Shown: positions 11,212 to 27,800, numbered from the stretch's first letter. The stretch: DNA of 64,000 bases from the human T2T-CHM13v2.0 reference genome, Homo sapiens (GCA_009914755.4 CP086569.2:6176001-6240000); one strand, 5' to 3'. Notes: generated by a model from the sequence alone, not told the origin. Numbers and translations are program-made.

Positions 11212-11313
11212 GAATCAGTGAGTCCAGGAAGTGCCATTATGTGCAGACCAATATCTGGCAATGGCAGTTGGAGACATATAGGCTTCAATAGTCTCAAAGC
11301 CCTAGCTACTACA
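11212..11313 (+). pseudogene. Serine-protease exon relic, Ser-region exon. It is 34 codons, phase 0/0: ESVSPGSAIMCRPISGNGSWRHIGFNSLKALATT. The GDSGGP active-site motif is degenerated to ESVSPG, so the catalytic Ser is lost.
   Basis: Acceptor tgaatttacag| at 11211 and a perfect GTGAGT donor at 11314. Its length and phase equal the 34-codon GDSGGP...RPG exon of tryptase/prostasin-type genes. Residual similarity is GDSGGPL.C....W...GI.SWG..CA. Confidence 0.5.
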
Positions 11314-12089
11314 GTGAGTTCACACTTCTCCTGGATCTTATCTACTTCAGCAAAAGAAGGCCACCCACTAAACCAGGCCCTTATGCCTTGAGCGCAAACT
11401 CCTAAGTCCTCTAGTCTCCTTAAACAGCCAACCACACTGCCACTTTCTTCAATAATAATTACTGCAGCCCTGAGACTTTGGTAGCCTAGTGACTATAACT
11501 AGTGATGCTACAGTCTGCTCACAGTATGATAAAACACCAGAACAACAAAAACAAAATATTGACTTAAGCCTCCTAAAATATCTCTAAATATACCTTCAAT
11601 AAATATGCTTTTTCTACATAACAACTGCTTTCTACTTACTTCCTGAACTAATGCTTGGCCTTGGATTGTTTTCATTCTTCAGATTGATTCAGAAGTGTCT
11701 ATTTAACATGAAAGTGAATACAGAATTTCATGTGTCAGCAAATAAAAATTTCAAAATGATGCAAAATACAAATGTGAAATTGAATTTGTGAACTTTACTA
11801 TGCTTTCAAATTATGTATTCATACCTACCCACTCACACAATTTTTTATAACTATCTGCATGTTCTCCTCAGGTGGGAGAAAAACAGCATCAGAATTCTTG
11901 AATAATTTATGAAAGACAGAATGACGACACTATACAAGGTTTAACCTATTCACAATACTGTAGTGAATGAAAACATTACATTTAAAATCCTACCAAGTGT
12001 TGAGTAAGTAAATAAAATATGTGATTTCAATCACTCTAAAATATGTGTACATGAAGAAAATAGAACAATGATTAAAACCTCAGCATAAC

Positions 12090-12547
12090 CAGGCGACTTT
12101 TCTCCCACGCGCCGGCCTGGACCCACTTTCCCCAGGCCACTCCCGCTGCCCTCGCCCCAGCAGCCAGAGAATTCTCCGGATCTGCAATATTCCGTACCAT
12201 CTACCTGGCTTGCGTAATGAAGTGAGACGTTTCATGTGTTCCTTGTGGGTCAATGGCTTGCCACACTCAGGATGTCAGTTAGGGCACAGGGCTCACATGC
12301 CAACATTTCCAAAGGTCACGCAGCCCGCGTGTGCCTGGATGCAGCGCTACCTGGCACTAGCTCTGAGGGCTTCTCAGAGTAGGCTTCCCCCGGGAGGCTG
12401 GGACTGCAGGCCAGCCTTGGTTGGTGCCGCCCAGGGAGATGCGCACCGCCTCGCACTGATTGGCCGCAGGGGGAGGCTGGCGGTCTTGGCGCGGCTCCAG
12501 GTGCCCTTTGAGTGCAGTCCGTTAGGTGGCGCCTGGAAGCCAGGTGC
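12090..12547 (+). promoter_or_regulatory. CpG-island promoter of the TSPY-family gene. It has an inverted CCAAT box (ATTGG at 12459-12463) and a GC box (gggggaggctggcgg, 12470-12484), and no obvious TATA.
   Basis: GC/CpG density rises abruptly at about 12090 after AT-rich DNA. CGCACTGATTGGCCGCAGGGGGAGGCTGGCGG lies 85 bp upstream of the conserved ATG. CpG density continues through exon 1. Confidence 0.6.
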
Positions 12548-13015
12548 ATGCGCCCTGAGGGCCCGCCCACCCACAGGCTACAGAAAGGGCAGCGCAGGGT
12601 TCCTGTGCTATGGGTCGGGCTGCACAGGCGGTGGTCTATGGGAGTCCGGAGAAGGACACCGTCTTCAGGGTGCACCGTCTTCACTCTGCCCGAGGCGCAG
12701 AGGGAGGAGGCAACCTTGAAGCAGGAGACAGTGCTGGTGTTGGATGACATAATGGCGGAGGTGGGGGTGATGGCCGAGGAGGAGGCCCTCGTGGAGCGGC
12801 AGAAGGACCAGCGGGCACAGCCTGGCCCTGGGCCCATGACCCCAGAGTCTGCACTGGAGGAGCTGCTGGCCGTTCGGGTGGGGCTGGAGCTGGTTAATGC
12901 CCAAGCCAGGAAGGCCTTTTCTCGGCAGCGGGAAAAGATGGAGCGGAGGTGCAAGCCCCACCTGGACCGCAGAGGGGCCATCATCCAGAGCATCCCTGGC
13001 TTCTGGGCCAATGTT
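12548..13015 (+). pseudogene. TSPY: TSPY-family exon 1, promoter-proximal coding exon. It ends exactly at the conserved GFWANV|GTATCC splice donor and is diverged from human TSPY1. Downstream exons 2-6 were not found.
   Basis: The translation [10 protein letters not shown]...[94 protein letters not shown] aligns with human TSPY1 exon 1 (MRPEGSLTYR...[98 protein letters not shown]). Residues 10-65 do not align in frame; they match TSPY1 only after a 1-nt shift, which implies compensating indels. An 11-bp duplication (caccgtcttca x2) sits near 12655-12690. No IANHPQMSALITDEDED-type exon 2 is found downstream. Confidence 0.75.
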
Positions 13016-15824
13016 GTATCCTTTTCAGTGTTTCTTCTGCCTTTCTAGTTGAGAGGTGCTCTTGGGGAAGTGTAAGTAACTTACGGGCAGCTCGGCATCT
13101 ATCAATTTCTGAGAAACTTATACAAGTCTCAGCTAAACAGCTGGCACTGGACCACTGCCCTTTCAGCTGCCTGTTGCTGACTTCTTTCGTTAGATAATAT
13201 CCCCCAGGCAGCAACTGCTTGTGTCACCCTGCCTCCACTTGATATCCTAAAGACCAATATCTACTGTTTAAAACACTTTAAGTCTTAGATATAGCATAAA
13301 GGGTTTATGGGATACAAAACAACAGTCGGACACAAGAGATTGAGTCATTCTTTTTTAAACTTTTGTTTGTAAGTATTTTGTAGTTTATCTTATCGGAAGT
13401 GAGAGACCAAGAGAGTAAAAACACTGCTTCCTTTTCATCCACCCTAATGCATCTCAAACTTATGTCTCATCACTTGCTTTGTATGAGATGTCTGTATATG
13501 AACTCCCATAAAATGTTGCATAATTTATACAAGCAAATGGTCCCATGAAACAATATTAATTTTTAAAGATAAATCCACATTCAAAAGTAAAGATTTTCAA
13601 AACCAGAAATAATTTACAGAAATGCTAAAAAATGTGGCATAATTATCATAATGTGGAAATGGAAATTCAGACAAACTTTCACATTGTTACTGAGAGTACT
13701 TTTCCTTGAAGACCTACAGTTCTGGCTATCTGCATTCCAGGAATATTTTTCTTATTTTTTTATCATCTCATAACCAAATGGCCAACTAGGTTAGATTTTC
13801 CATGTTACAGTGTTTGACTGAAGAGTCAATAACCCTTGCAACAGAGAACATCCTTAGAAATTAGTTGACCAAAGTCTCAAGTTTCCCAAGGCCAGTCCTT
13901 AGGGTTCAATCTCAGACTGTAATAGTGTTTTCTGCAGAACAGTGTCTTTAAGTAGGCAGTTATTTTCACATTTATAATCTGTTGGTGGAAACTCTGGTCC
14001 TAAAGTAAGAGCAGAAGATGCATCTCTCCTTTCATGACAAGTTTGACACTCAGGAGATGATAAACTTATAGGAAAAAAATTATTTTCTCCATTTTTCTTT
14101 GGCCATTTATTCCCAGAAGAAATTAGAATAAATATATGAATGATATTTAAAAACATTTTGGAAAAAATTAAAGAATATATTAAGAAACAAAACTTTTGCC
14201 AGTATCAGTCTTCGACAAAAAAGTTAACCATTTTAACTATAAAGTATAAATGTATTTACAAATAAAGTGATGCATAGGGAAATGTTTCTTGCATTGTACA
14301 CACTTTCTCCAGTGATGTCCTAGCCACTCATTTAAAATGGGTCATTGATTGAATTACAACTATAACCTTAATGCAAATAGTACAGTAGAAAGTTTTTTAA
14401 AACAGAACACATGTACACAATAGTTGGTCTTCCAGTTGCACAGTTTCTTTTGTATGCATGTGTGTATGTCTATGTAATTTTATATACTTATAGAGATTAG
14501 ATTTTGGGCAAGCAATTTAGAAGTAACCAGATTTTCTTTGTAATAAGAAGGAAAATGTTTAAATTGAAATTTTAGTTGAACAGTAAAACTGTATAAGAAT
14601 TTACACTGCTCAGGGAAAAGATGTATTGTGTTTTGCAGACTGAAAGAGTTCTTTCCTGAGTAACCCAGTGTTGGTATTCACTGCAGAAATAGATTTGTTT
14701 TGGTAGACCCCTGTAGCCAGCTACCTGCAGAGAAGGAAATCCTGCTGAACAGAATTATAAATAGAATAGTTAAATATTCTTTCATTTCAGTGAAGCGTTC
14801 ACATACGATATTCTCTTTTATTCATTTATAAACATTTATATTTAATACATTTTCCAAAAAATAAAGTAATTATAAAAATTAACAAGAGATTTGTATATTC
14901 CTTATTTAAAATTTTTAGCCTATTCAAATATAAGAAGTCCACTCTGAAATACCTGAAGATGATATATGAAATGAATAAGAAAAGAAAATACAGCAGAATG
15001 TACCAGATGTTTTTTGTGTGTTGGATGTACATATATCTGTTAGCTTTTAGTGGCAGACAGAGTGCAGTCTACATAATTTTATTCATAATAGATGCCTATG
15101 CATCATACATTCACACATAAATATTATTTCTCTGAAGATTGAAATAGAAAGCTAGGAGAATACAACATGACACATATGCTGAATTACATATAAGCAAGTG
15201 TGAATTATGTAGTTAAATGATCTCTTCACCAGTCTTCTTCTCACTCTCTCACTGGGTAGTCTAAGGATTAATTAAAGTTCCTCGGCTCTTTCAAGCTAAG
15301 AAACAGTATGTAAGTGCTATGCATTATCATGGTAACACAAGAGGGAGGTATAAGTGATTTATAACTTCACAGGCTCTGTGAAATGTGTCTAGCCTGATAG
15401 GTTTTTCTAACAGTGTTTTATGGATTGGAAAGTGCTTATCAGATTTGAAGATGGAATTTGCTCTATTAAAATCATGCTAATCTGCAAAACCAATCTTTGT
15501 TCTATATGTATGTAGAGTGATGTTTCTCAAAATAGAAGAAAACTTGGGATATGATTTCGGAGGTAATATAATAAGGTAGAATGGTGACATGAATTATAAC
15601 TTATCTATTATTGTTTGACTCAGCTGATGCTCTCTTAATTAGGGCAACTGAAGTCTAATTAATTTGCATAAGGTAGCCATCCCATTTTTATACTTTTAAA
15701 GACAGTCAGGAGATATCACCGTTTCCACAAAGCTTATATAGATTTTATTAGCATGTTTCAATTACGTATCACTGCAATAATGTCAATTCTGTAATGTAAC
15801 ATATTATTTCCTTTAGTAGTATAT

Positions 15825-19246
<3,422 letters not shown>

Positions 19247-22200
19247 AAGATATTTTAAATAAATATACAAATGTTTCCTCTATTTATACGTGAAATTCTG
19301 CTTGTGTCCTTCTCTCTTCTACTACATGATTTTACATGGATAATGAGTCAAAAAATGTGAAGTGCTGGTAATATATTTTATCTCACACTTGTAAAATGTT
19401 TTTCTTTGAAAATACCACTTGTTCTAATTTTTAATTTTTTTAATTTCTTGGAAGTGACAGTTGAGACAAGGAAATTGTAAAGCAATTACTTCACAAGGTG
19501 ATTGCAATGTAAATGGTATTATAAAATTATTTGGTTTTGAGGAAAATTTAAAAAGATACAGAAATACAAAATAATATAACAAATACCAATTTAACCCCAC
19601 TTAAAAATAGCAGCTATTAATATATTCCTTTTTCTACTTACATTACCTCTGGTTGTAATTGGAATATTTGCCCTCAGGTTAGTTTCCTTTTTACCATTTC
19701 TTAGGCACCATTATCAGGAACTGGTATTATATTCATATTTTTTAAATTTATTAAAATATTTATTTCTGGATAATACTGGTGTTTTGTGAATTTTGAGTGT
19801 TTATGTCAATATTATAAGGTGTGTATTATTTCACATTTTTTTTCTGTTAAGATTCTTGTTGACAGCTGCCATTATTGATGGCATAGTTCGCAGTCTACTG
19901 AATTCTTATGTTCCATGATGGCTTTATTGAAATGCTACAATGAAAAACCTTCCCTATCCCTCCAGTTACACATATGTGAGAGTTTCTAATGAATATACTA
20001 GAAGAATGTCAGGACTGCAGTGTGTGTACAGTTTTAATTTTGAGGAGATAAAATATTCTCATTAGCTCCCTGGACTACCACTTTATTACTATTGTTGATC
20101 CATGCTAATCAGCTTAGCATATGTCTTAGATTTTTCATTTTTAGTGAAGTATTATTATAAGTTACATTAATTAGAACCAGCATGTGTGTGCTAAATGTTC
20201 ATTTTGTTTAATAATTACAGCTTGTCAGGCCTCTATCAGTATGTGAGAAAAATAAAATGTTAACACAACGATGACTTTAGTGTGGGGATAATCTGAAAAT
20301 CAACTTTAGTTTCCTGACACAGTTCACACAAAACATAGATCCTGCTACTTTTTAAGGACCGCATGTAGCAGACTGAGTGACAATAAATCAATATGCACTG
20401 AATCAATAGTAGCTAGGGATGAGTAGTTTCTTCCAATCTTGCCTGGTGATGGAAGAAGTATTTGACATGGTTTATTTTTTGTTTTGTTTTGTTTTCTTTC
20501 TATGTGGTCCACTTATATGACACTCCCAGATCATCGTGTGGTAGGTTTGGGGAAAATGAAGGAAATAATAGGCTAGATATACGTAAATTATGTGCTAGAA
20601 ATAGAAGCTTAACACACAGAGCATAGTTAATTGGTCTGGCCACAGTGGTTTTGTCATCTCTCATATACCTACAACTATTTATGGGCTGCTTGCTAATGAC
20701 TATTTTACAAAAATCTGTTTCAGCAGCAATGGTTGAAAAATGCAAGTAGGTATTTAATTAAAAACTACTCAATTTCCCTTTAAATCAAATTATGGGTTGA
20801 AAAGTGCCAATAAACAAATGATGTAATCATAAAGCCTTGTATTCCATGTTGGAACCACAAGGCTAAAAGTGATATCCTGAAATCCAGCATATAGAAAGCT
20901 GAGGGGAAAAAGCAGCTGCTATTTCAGAAGGTAATACTTAGTTACATTAAGAAAACTGTGCCTGAAGATGACATTTTCACAGGTTTAGTATGTGAATTCG
21001 GAAAAATTAAGCATATAATTCTGAGATGCAGGGCTTTTTATTTACATCAAATTACTATTTTTTAAAAAATCAATTGTGTATATATTTTAATTCTAATTTT
21101 TTTGCAGTTAAGAAATATGCATCAGTAATTGTTAGTATGTTAGCTCCATTAGCTACAGAAGAAATTCCAAAAGAATTCAATAATGCCATTTAGATGTTTC
21201 AAACAGAAAATTAAATTAAAAATGGTTTGAACATTTAGTCAATCATTGGAATTAAAATAAAGCTCTTGAAATTTTATTGTGTGAGAAATAAAACATTGAA
21301 TGATGTGGCAAATGATTTTTAATGTTCAGTTACACTAAACATTGTTGATAACTTTTATTGGTAACAAGAAGCAACTTTGGAAAAGCTTGCAAGTAACTTT
21401 ATTTAAAAAACCAGTATAAAATTGAAAGAAATGCATTTTCCAGAAAAGAACTATGGATAATTATTGATAAGAAACAGATTATTTCATATAAATATGTTCC
21501 GGGGTCATTATTCTGCCTACTATTTCTAATGTTTAAATAATAAATGTAAAGAAACTATTTTTCTGTTTTGCTTGAAGATATGTAATTGTGGTTTTAAATT
21601 TTTGAAGGAATTTCACTTTCAAAAATAGTTGGAAGATAACTATGTAATAGATCCATCGATATAGTAAAAACAATTTGCCTGTAAGGAAATAATATACTAA
21701 ATAATAAATGGTTTTGTATATGTTAGGACTCTTTTATCCTAAAAAAAAGTTTCCTTTGGAACAATAAACGTTGTAGTCACCCTAATTTTACTAAATATCA
21801 TTAGATAGTCCTGTGGATTGATGGAAAAAATTACACTTTTCTTACATTCTTGACTCCACTCAGTGTTATTATTTTAATAGTTGCCAAGCTAATGAAGGAA
21901 AGTTAGAACCTAATGTGGTTTTGATTTATATCCCTGGATTACTAATGAGCTCAAGCATCTAGTCATTTTTCATTGGTCATTTGACTTTCCTCTTTTCTAC
22001 AAAAGATCTAACTACTTACCTGTACTGCTTTTTCCTTCTCCTGGGCTAGATTGTATATATTTTTTCTTGTATATTTGTAAGAGTTATTTTTATTATTTTG
22101 GATACTGGTATTTTTATTTATATTTTTCTTAGTGATTTTTCTGGAGTTTTATAAACACTCAAGATAGTTTTTAGAATTTATGATCTGAAGATTTTCAAAA

Positions 22201-22679
22201 GGCTAACTCAGAAGTCATTTGTGGCTATGATGCTAACTTCAAATGAAAAAATAATTTTGCCACTTTAGCAAAACATACTTTAAAGATACTAATTAGAAAG
22301 CACTGAAGTGCTTAATTATGTGTTTTTCATAAAACTCATCTAAATAGTCATTTCAATAAAATCATTTACCTTTATAGTAAGAACAAATTATTAAATGTTG
22401 ATTACCTAGCTCCTGCATGGTTTTCTAAATATCTCACAATTGTCATTTGGTAATAATCTCTTAGCATACTTGTTAGAATTACTGGTTCTCCAGGTCTCAT
22501 TTTAGATGATTGAACCAGGATTTTGAAGGAAAATAGCTAGAAGTATCTGGACATATATTTTATGACCCACATAATTATTTGGGGTTATTTGTGAAACTTT
22601 GGTCTCACACATAAGAGAAAGTAAAAAAATAACAAAACAAAACAAAAAAAACCCAAAAAACAAACAAACAAAAAACAAT

Positions 22680-22683
<4 letters not shown>

Positions 22684-22729
<46 letters not shown>
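22684..22729. repeat. (CA)23 microsatellite preceded by an A-rich tract (22620-22683).
   Basis: A direct acacac run. ORFs 22502..22741 and 22599..22808 (CVCVCV / THTHTH peptides) are artifacts of it. Confidence 0.95.
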
Positions 22730-22733
<4 letters not shown>

Positions 22734-24824
22734 AACATCAAGTCAGGAGTCAGGAATAAATACCTTATCCTTCCCTCACTCCAGGCTTCTCAAGTTGTAT
22801 GCCCCTAAATGCATTTTCATTCTTGGCAAATACTACTCCAACTATCTAGCACTTCAGAGTGGTAATTAACCTGTTAGTTTGCAATTTAGCAAAAAATAAG
22901 AAACCTATTTCTTAACATTTTCTTTAGGATCATATTTCTAGCTATACCCTGTGTGTCAGTTAATGCTATGTATGGCTATAAAATAGCAGTATTTAACAAA
23001 AATATTTGACCACTGCAGCAAAATTACCTTCTGTAAATGATCCACTGCTACTAAGATTAACTGACAATTTGGAGATTGTACTGGCATTTTGAATTTCATA
23101 CATTCAAGGAAGATTGGAAAGCATCTTCAGATGCCATTGTCTATAATGATAATAGTTAATAATCATATTAACTTCCAAATTTTTCTGTGTTAAAGCAGGT
23201 GTGCAGGTATTGGATGAACAGGTAGGCCACTACTGTGGTTAGAGTTGTAAAAGTTTTGGTGAAATTGCACATGACAACATCTCCACAGAAAATTTAGATT
23301 TTGGCACAGCTAGGAGAGGTGGAAGAAAATGACGTTTTTGTTGTTGTTGTTGTTTTTAATGATTCCCCATCTGGATCTTAAAGGGAGATAGCACAATATT
23401 GTGGAAAGAGGTATTTTTGTAATCTGAAATTAGACTTTAAGAGAAGTTAAGTATTTTGAGACCCAAATTTCAGACATATGAAGTGGGGTCTAAAATATCT
23501 AGTACCTGTATATGTAGTTATAAAGATCATGTAACGATGGATTCTATTTGCCTTGTACTTGTCTGTAAAACAAAGCCATCATTTAATTGTGTTACTTAAC
23601 ATAGCTTCATGTGGGCATTTTTAAGGAACATTTATCTCGTGATAAATAAAATAGTAATATTTGCAGAGAATGGTACTTTCTCCAACATTGATATTGCAGA
23701 ACTCCAGCTGTTCTGTAGAGAAACTGACACGAATTGAAAAAAAAAAGGATGATTGAAGGTTGTTTAGGGGCCAGTCATTATTTACTGAGACTATATAATT
23801 CTCAGAGGGGACACACAACCTGTGAAGAGTTGGATGTGAATGATGAAGAGTCATTGAGAAAAGGCTGCCTGAAGAATCATCCTCTACATTTCTAGCTTGA
23901 AACACAGGGTATTTGGTGCTGTGAATTTCTGAAATAGTGGAATACTGTAGGAGGAAACATGTTTGGAGGATGAAATGAAGATCTGGCTTTGGTATGTGGA
24001 GATGTAAGGCATGCAGTTGGATATGCCAAGTCTGAAGGTCAGAACAAAGATCTGGCCTGAAACTGGGAATTTGTTAATGGTCAGCATAAAAAGGGTGTTT
24101 TAGCCTTGAGAAAACCCAAGAGGATCCATGACTGAGACCTGAACAATGTCACCACCTACAGATTTAGTAAAGATGTCAACAAAATACAGACCAAAGTTCA
24201 TATTAAAATTAATGGGAACAGTCAAACTACTTAGTGAGCGGTATTCAGTCAACTAGCATTTAGCTAGCTATTGGCTAGCAAATTTGGGGGAAAAGTGTAT
24301 AAAGAATCTTTGATTAGGTTTCCAAATATACGAAATAAAAGCCACTCACATGTTAGAAGTCAATATACAAAATTATATTATGTTAATGGTACTATTTAAT
24401 GCTAATAGAGAAAAATGAAAATTATTCTGAATTAAATCAATAGACAATGTATTTTCTATCGTTGTCTTTGTTTTCTTCTCAATTTATTTGTGTGTCATTT
24501 TAACTCACTAAGCAATGACTCCTCTTAATCCCATTACTTTTTATTTAACACTGCATTTGTTTTTCATGTGCGCAATATCATACTGCCCAATAGAGAGGAA
24601 ATGCAGAATTTAGACTATTATATCAGAAACATCTTTGCTTTTCAGATTTGGACTTCTGGAGTGTGGTTAATTTAAGTGTTCTCATCAGGCCTTGATATTT
24701 CAGATTTCCGTAATCACTTCTCCAAAATAAAGTCTGAAGGTGATGACTACAATAAAATTAAAATTATACTGGCTTTTAAGATAATTATGTTTATGTAAAT
24801 GTGACGCCTTTTTTTGGGGGGTGG

Positions 24825-27800
24825 GGTGTCGTAAAATACCAATGTATATGTTATATTCGTAGGTGCCGTAAAATACCGACGTATATGTTATATTCGTCGG
24901 TGTCGTAAAATACCGACGTATCTGTTATAATCGTCGGTGTCGTAAAATACCGATGTATATGTTATATTCTTCCGTGTCGTAAAATACCGACGTATCTGTT
25001 ATATTCGTCAGTGTCGTAAAATACCGACGTATATGTTATATTCGTCGGTGTCGTAAAATACCGACGTATCTGTTATAATCGTCGGTGTCGTAAAATACCG
25101 ACGTATATGTTATAGTCTTCCGTGTCGTAAAATACCGACGTATTTGTTATAATCGTCGGTGTCGAAAAATACCGACGTATATGTTATATTCATCGGTGTC
25201 ATAAAATAACGACGCATATGTTACATTCGTTGGTGTAGTAAAATAACGACGTACATGTTACTTTCGTCGTCGTGAAATACCCACGTATATCTTATATTAG
25301 TTGGTGTCGTGAAATACCGACGTATATATTATATTCGTAGGTGTTGTGAAATACCAACGTATATCTTATATTCGTAGGTGTCGTGAAATTCCATCGTATA
25401 TGTTATATTCGTAGGTGTCGTAAAATACCGACGTATATGTTATATTCACTGGTGTCATAAAATAAGGACGTATATGTTACATTCGTCAGTGTCGTAAAAT
25501 ACCGACGTATATGTTACATTCGTCGTTGTCGTGAAATACCTACGTATATCTTATATTAGTTGGTGTCGTGAAATACCGACGTATATATTATATTCGTAGG
25601 TGTTGTAAAATAACGTCATCTATATTATATTTGTAGGTGTCGTAAAATACCGACGTATATAGTATAGGTGTCGTGAAATACCGACGTATTATATTCGTAG
25701 GTGTCGTGAAATTCCGTCGTATATGTTATATTCGTCGGTGTCATAAAACACCGACGTATATGTTATATTCGTCGGTGTCATAAAATACCGACATATATGT
25801 TATATTCGTCGGTGTCGTAAAATACCGACGTATATAGTATAGGTGTTGTGAAATACCGACGTATATATTATATTCGTAGGTGTCGTGAAATACCAACGTA
25901 TATCTTATATTCGTAGGTGTCGCGAAATTCCGTCGTATATGTTATATTCGTCGGTGTCGTAAAATACCGACGTATATGTTATATTCATCGCTGTTATAAA
26001 ATACCGACCTATATCTTAGATTTGACGGTGTCGTAAAATACCGAAGTATATCTTATATTCGACGGTGTCGTAAAATACCGACGTATATCTTATATTCACT
26101 GGTGTCGTAAAATACTGACGTGTATCTTACATTCGCAGGTGTCATAAAGTACAGGTGTATAACTTATAATTGCAGGTGTCGTAAAATACCGACGTAAATC
26201 TTATATTCGCTTGTGTCATAAAATACCGAAATATATGTTATATTCACAGGTGTCATAAAATACTGATGTATATGTTATATTCGTCGGTGTCGTAAAATAC
26301 CAATGTATATGTTATATTCGTACGTGCCGTAAAATACCGACGTATATGTTATATTCTTCCGTGTCGTAAAATACCGACGTATTTGTTATAATCGTCGGTG
26401 TCGTAAAATACCGACGTATATGTTATATTCGTCGGGGTCATAAAATAACGACGCATATGTTACATTCGTTGGTGTCGTAAAATACCGACGTATATGTTAC
26501 TTTCGTCGTTGTCGTGAAATACCGACGTATATCTTATGTTAGTCGGTGTCGTGAAATACCGACGTATATATTATATTCGTAGGTGTCGTAAAATAACGAC
26601 ATATATATTATATTTGTAGGTGTCGTAAAATACCGACGTATATAGTATAGGTGTCGTGAAATACCAACGTATATCTTATATTCGTAGGTGTTGTGAAATA
26701 CCAACGTATATCTTATATTCGTAGGTGTCGTGAAATTCCATCGTATATGTTATATTCGTCGGTGTCATAAAATACCGACGTATATGTTATATTCGTCAGT
26801 GTCATAAAATAAGGACGTACATGTTGCATTCGTCAGTGTCGTAAAATACCGATGTATATGTTACATTCGTCGTTGTCGTGAAATACCTACGTATATCTTA
26901 TATTAGTTGGTGTCGTGAAATACCGACGTATATATTATATTCGTAGGTGTCGTAAAATAACGTCATATATATTATATTTGTAGGTGTCGTAAAATACCGA
27001 CGTATATAGTATAGGTGTCGTGAAATACCGATGTATATATTATATTCCTAGGTGTCGTAAAATAACGTCATATATATTATATTTGTACGTGTTGTAAAAT
27101 ACCGACGTATATAGTATAGGTGTCGTGAAATACCGACGTATGTATTATATTCGTAGGTGTCGTGAAATTCCGTCGTATATGTTATATTCGTCGGTGTCGT
27201 AAAATACCGACGTATATGTTATATTCGTCGGTGTCGTAAAATACTGACGTATATCTTAGATTCGTCGGTATCATAAAATAAGGACGTATATGTTACATTC
27301 GTCAGTGTCGTAAAATACCGACCTATATGTTACATTCGTCGTTGTTGTGAAATACCGACGTATAACTTATATTAGTTGGTGTCGTGAAATACCGACGTAT
27401 ATATTATATTCGTAGGTGTCGTAAAATAACGGCATATATATTATATTTGTAGGTGTCATAAAATACCGACGTATATAGTATAGGTGTGAAATACCGACGT
27501 ATATATTATATTCGTAGGTGTCGTGAAATACCAACATATATCTTATATTCGTAGGTGTGAAATTCCGTCGTATAAGTTATATTCGTCGGTGTCGTAAAAT
27601 ACCGACGTATATGTTATATTCGTCGGTGTCATAAAATACCGACGTATATCTTAGATTCGTCAGTGTCGTAAAATACCGACGTATATGTTATATTCGTCAC
27701 TGTCGTAAAATACCGACGTATATCTTAGATTCGAGGGTGTCGTAAAATACTGACGTATTTCTTATATTCGACGATGTCGTAAAATACCGACTATATATTA

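Noticed and set aside
11320-12060. Looked for the final protease exon (..PGVYT.V..Y..WI..) between exon E and the TSPY promoter.
   Set aside because: No acceptor-flanked segment in any frame gave that pattern. The last exon is either lost or beyond recognition. It is not reported as a feature.
12210-13011. The GC-rich ORFs 12210..12719(+), 12316..13011(-), 12374..12574(-) and 12665..12961(-), which overlap the TSPY promoter and exon.
   Set aside because: Long spurious ORFs are expected in CpG-island DNA, where stop codons are AT-rich. Only the frame starting at ATG 12548 shows homology to TSPY. The 12 extra N-terminal residues of ORF 12512..13048 precede the conserved MRPEG start and were not included.
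12548-13015. TSPY copy as a processed TSPYL-type retrogene.
   Set aside because: The coding homology stops precisely at the exon-1 boundary and is followed by GTATCC intronic sequence, not by exon-2 codons. It is a genomic copy, not a retrocopy.
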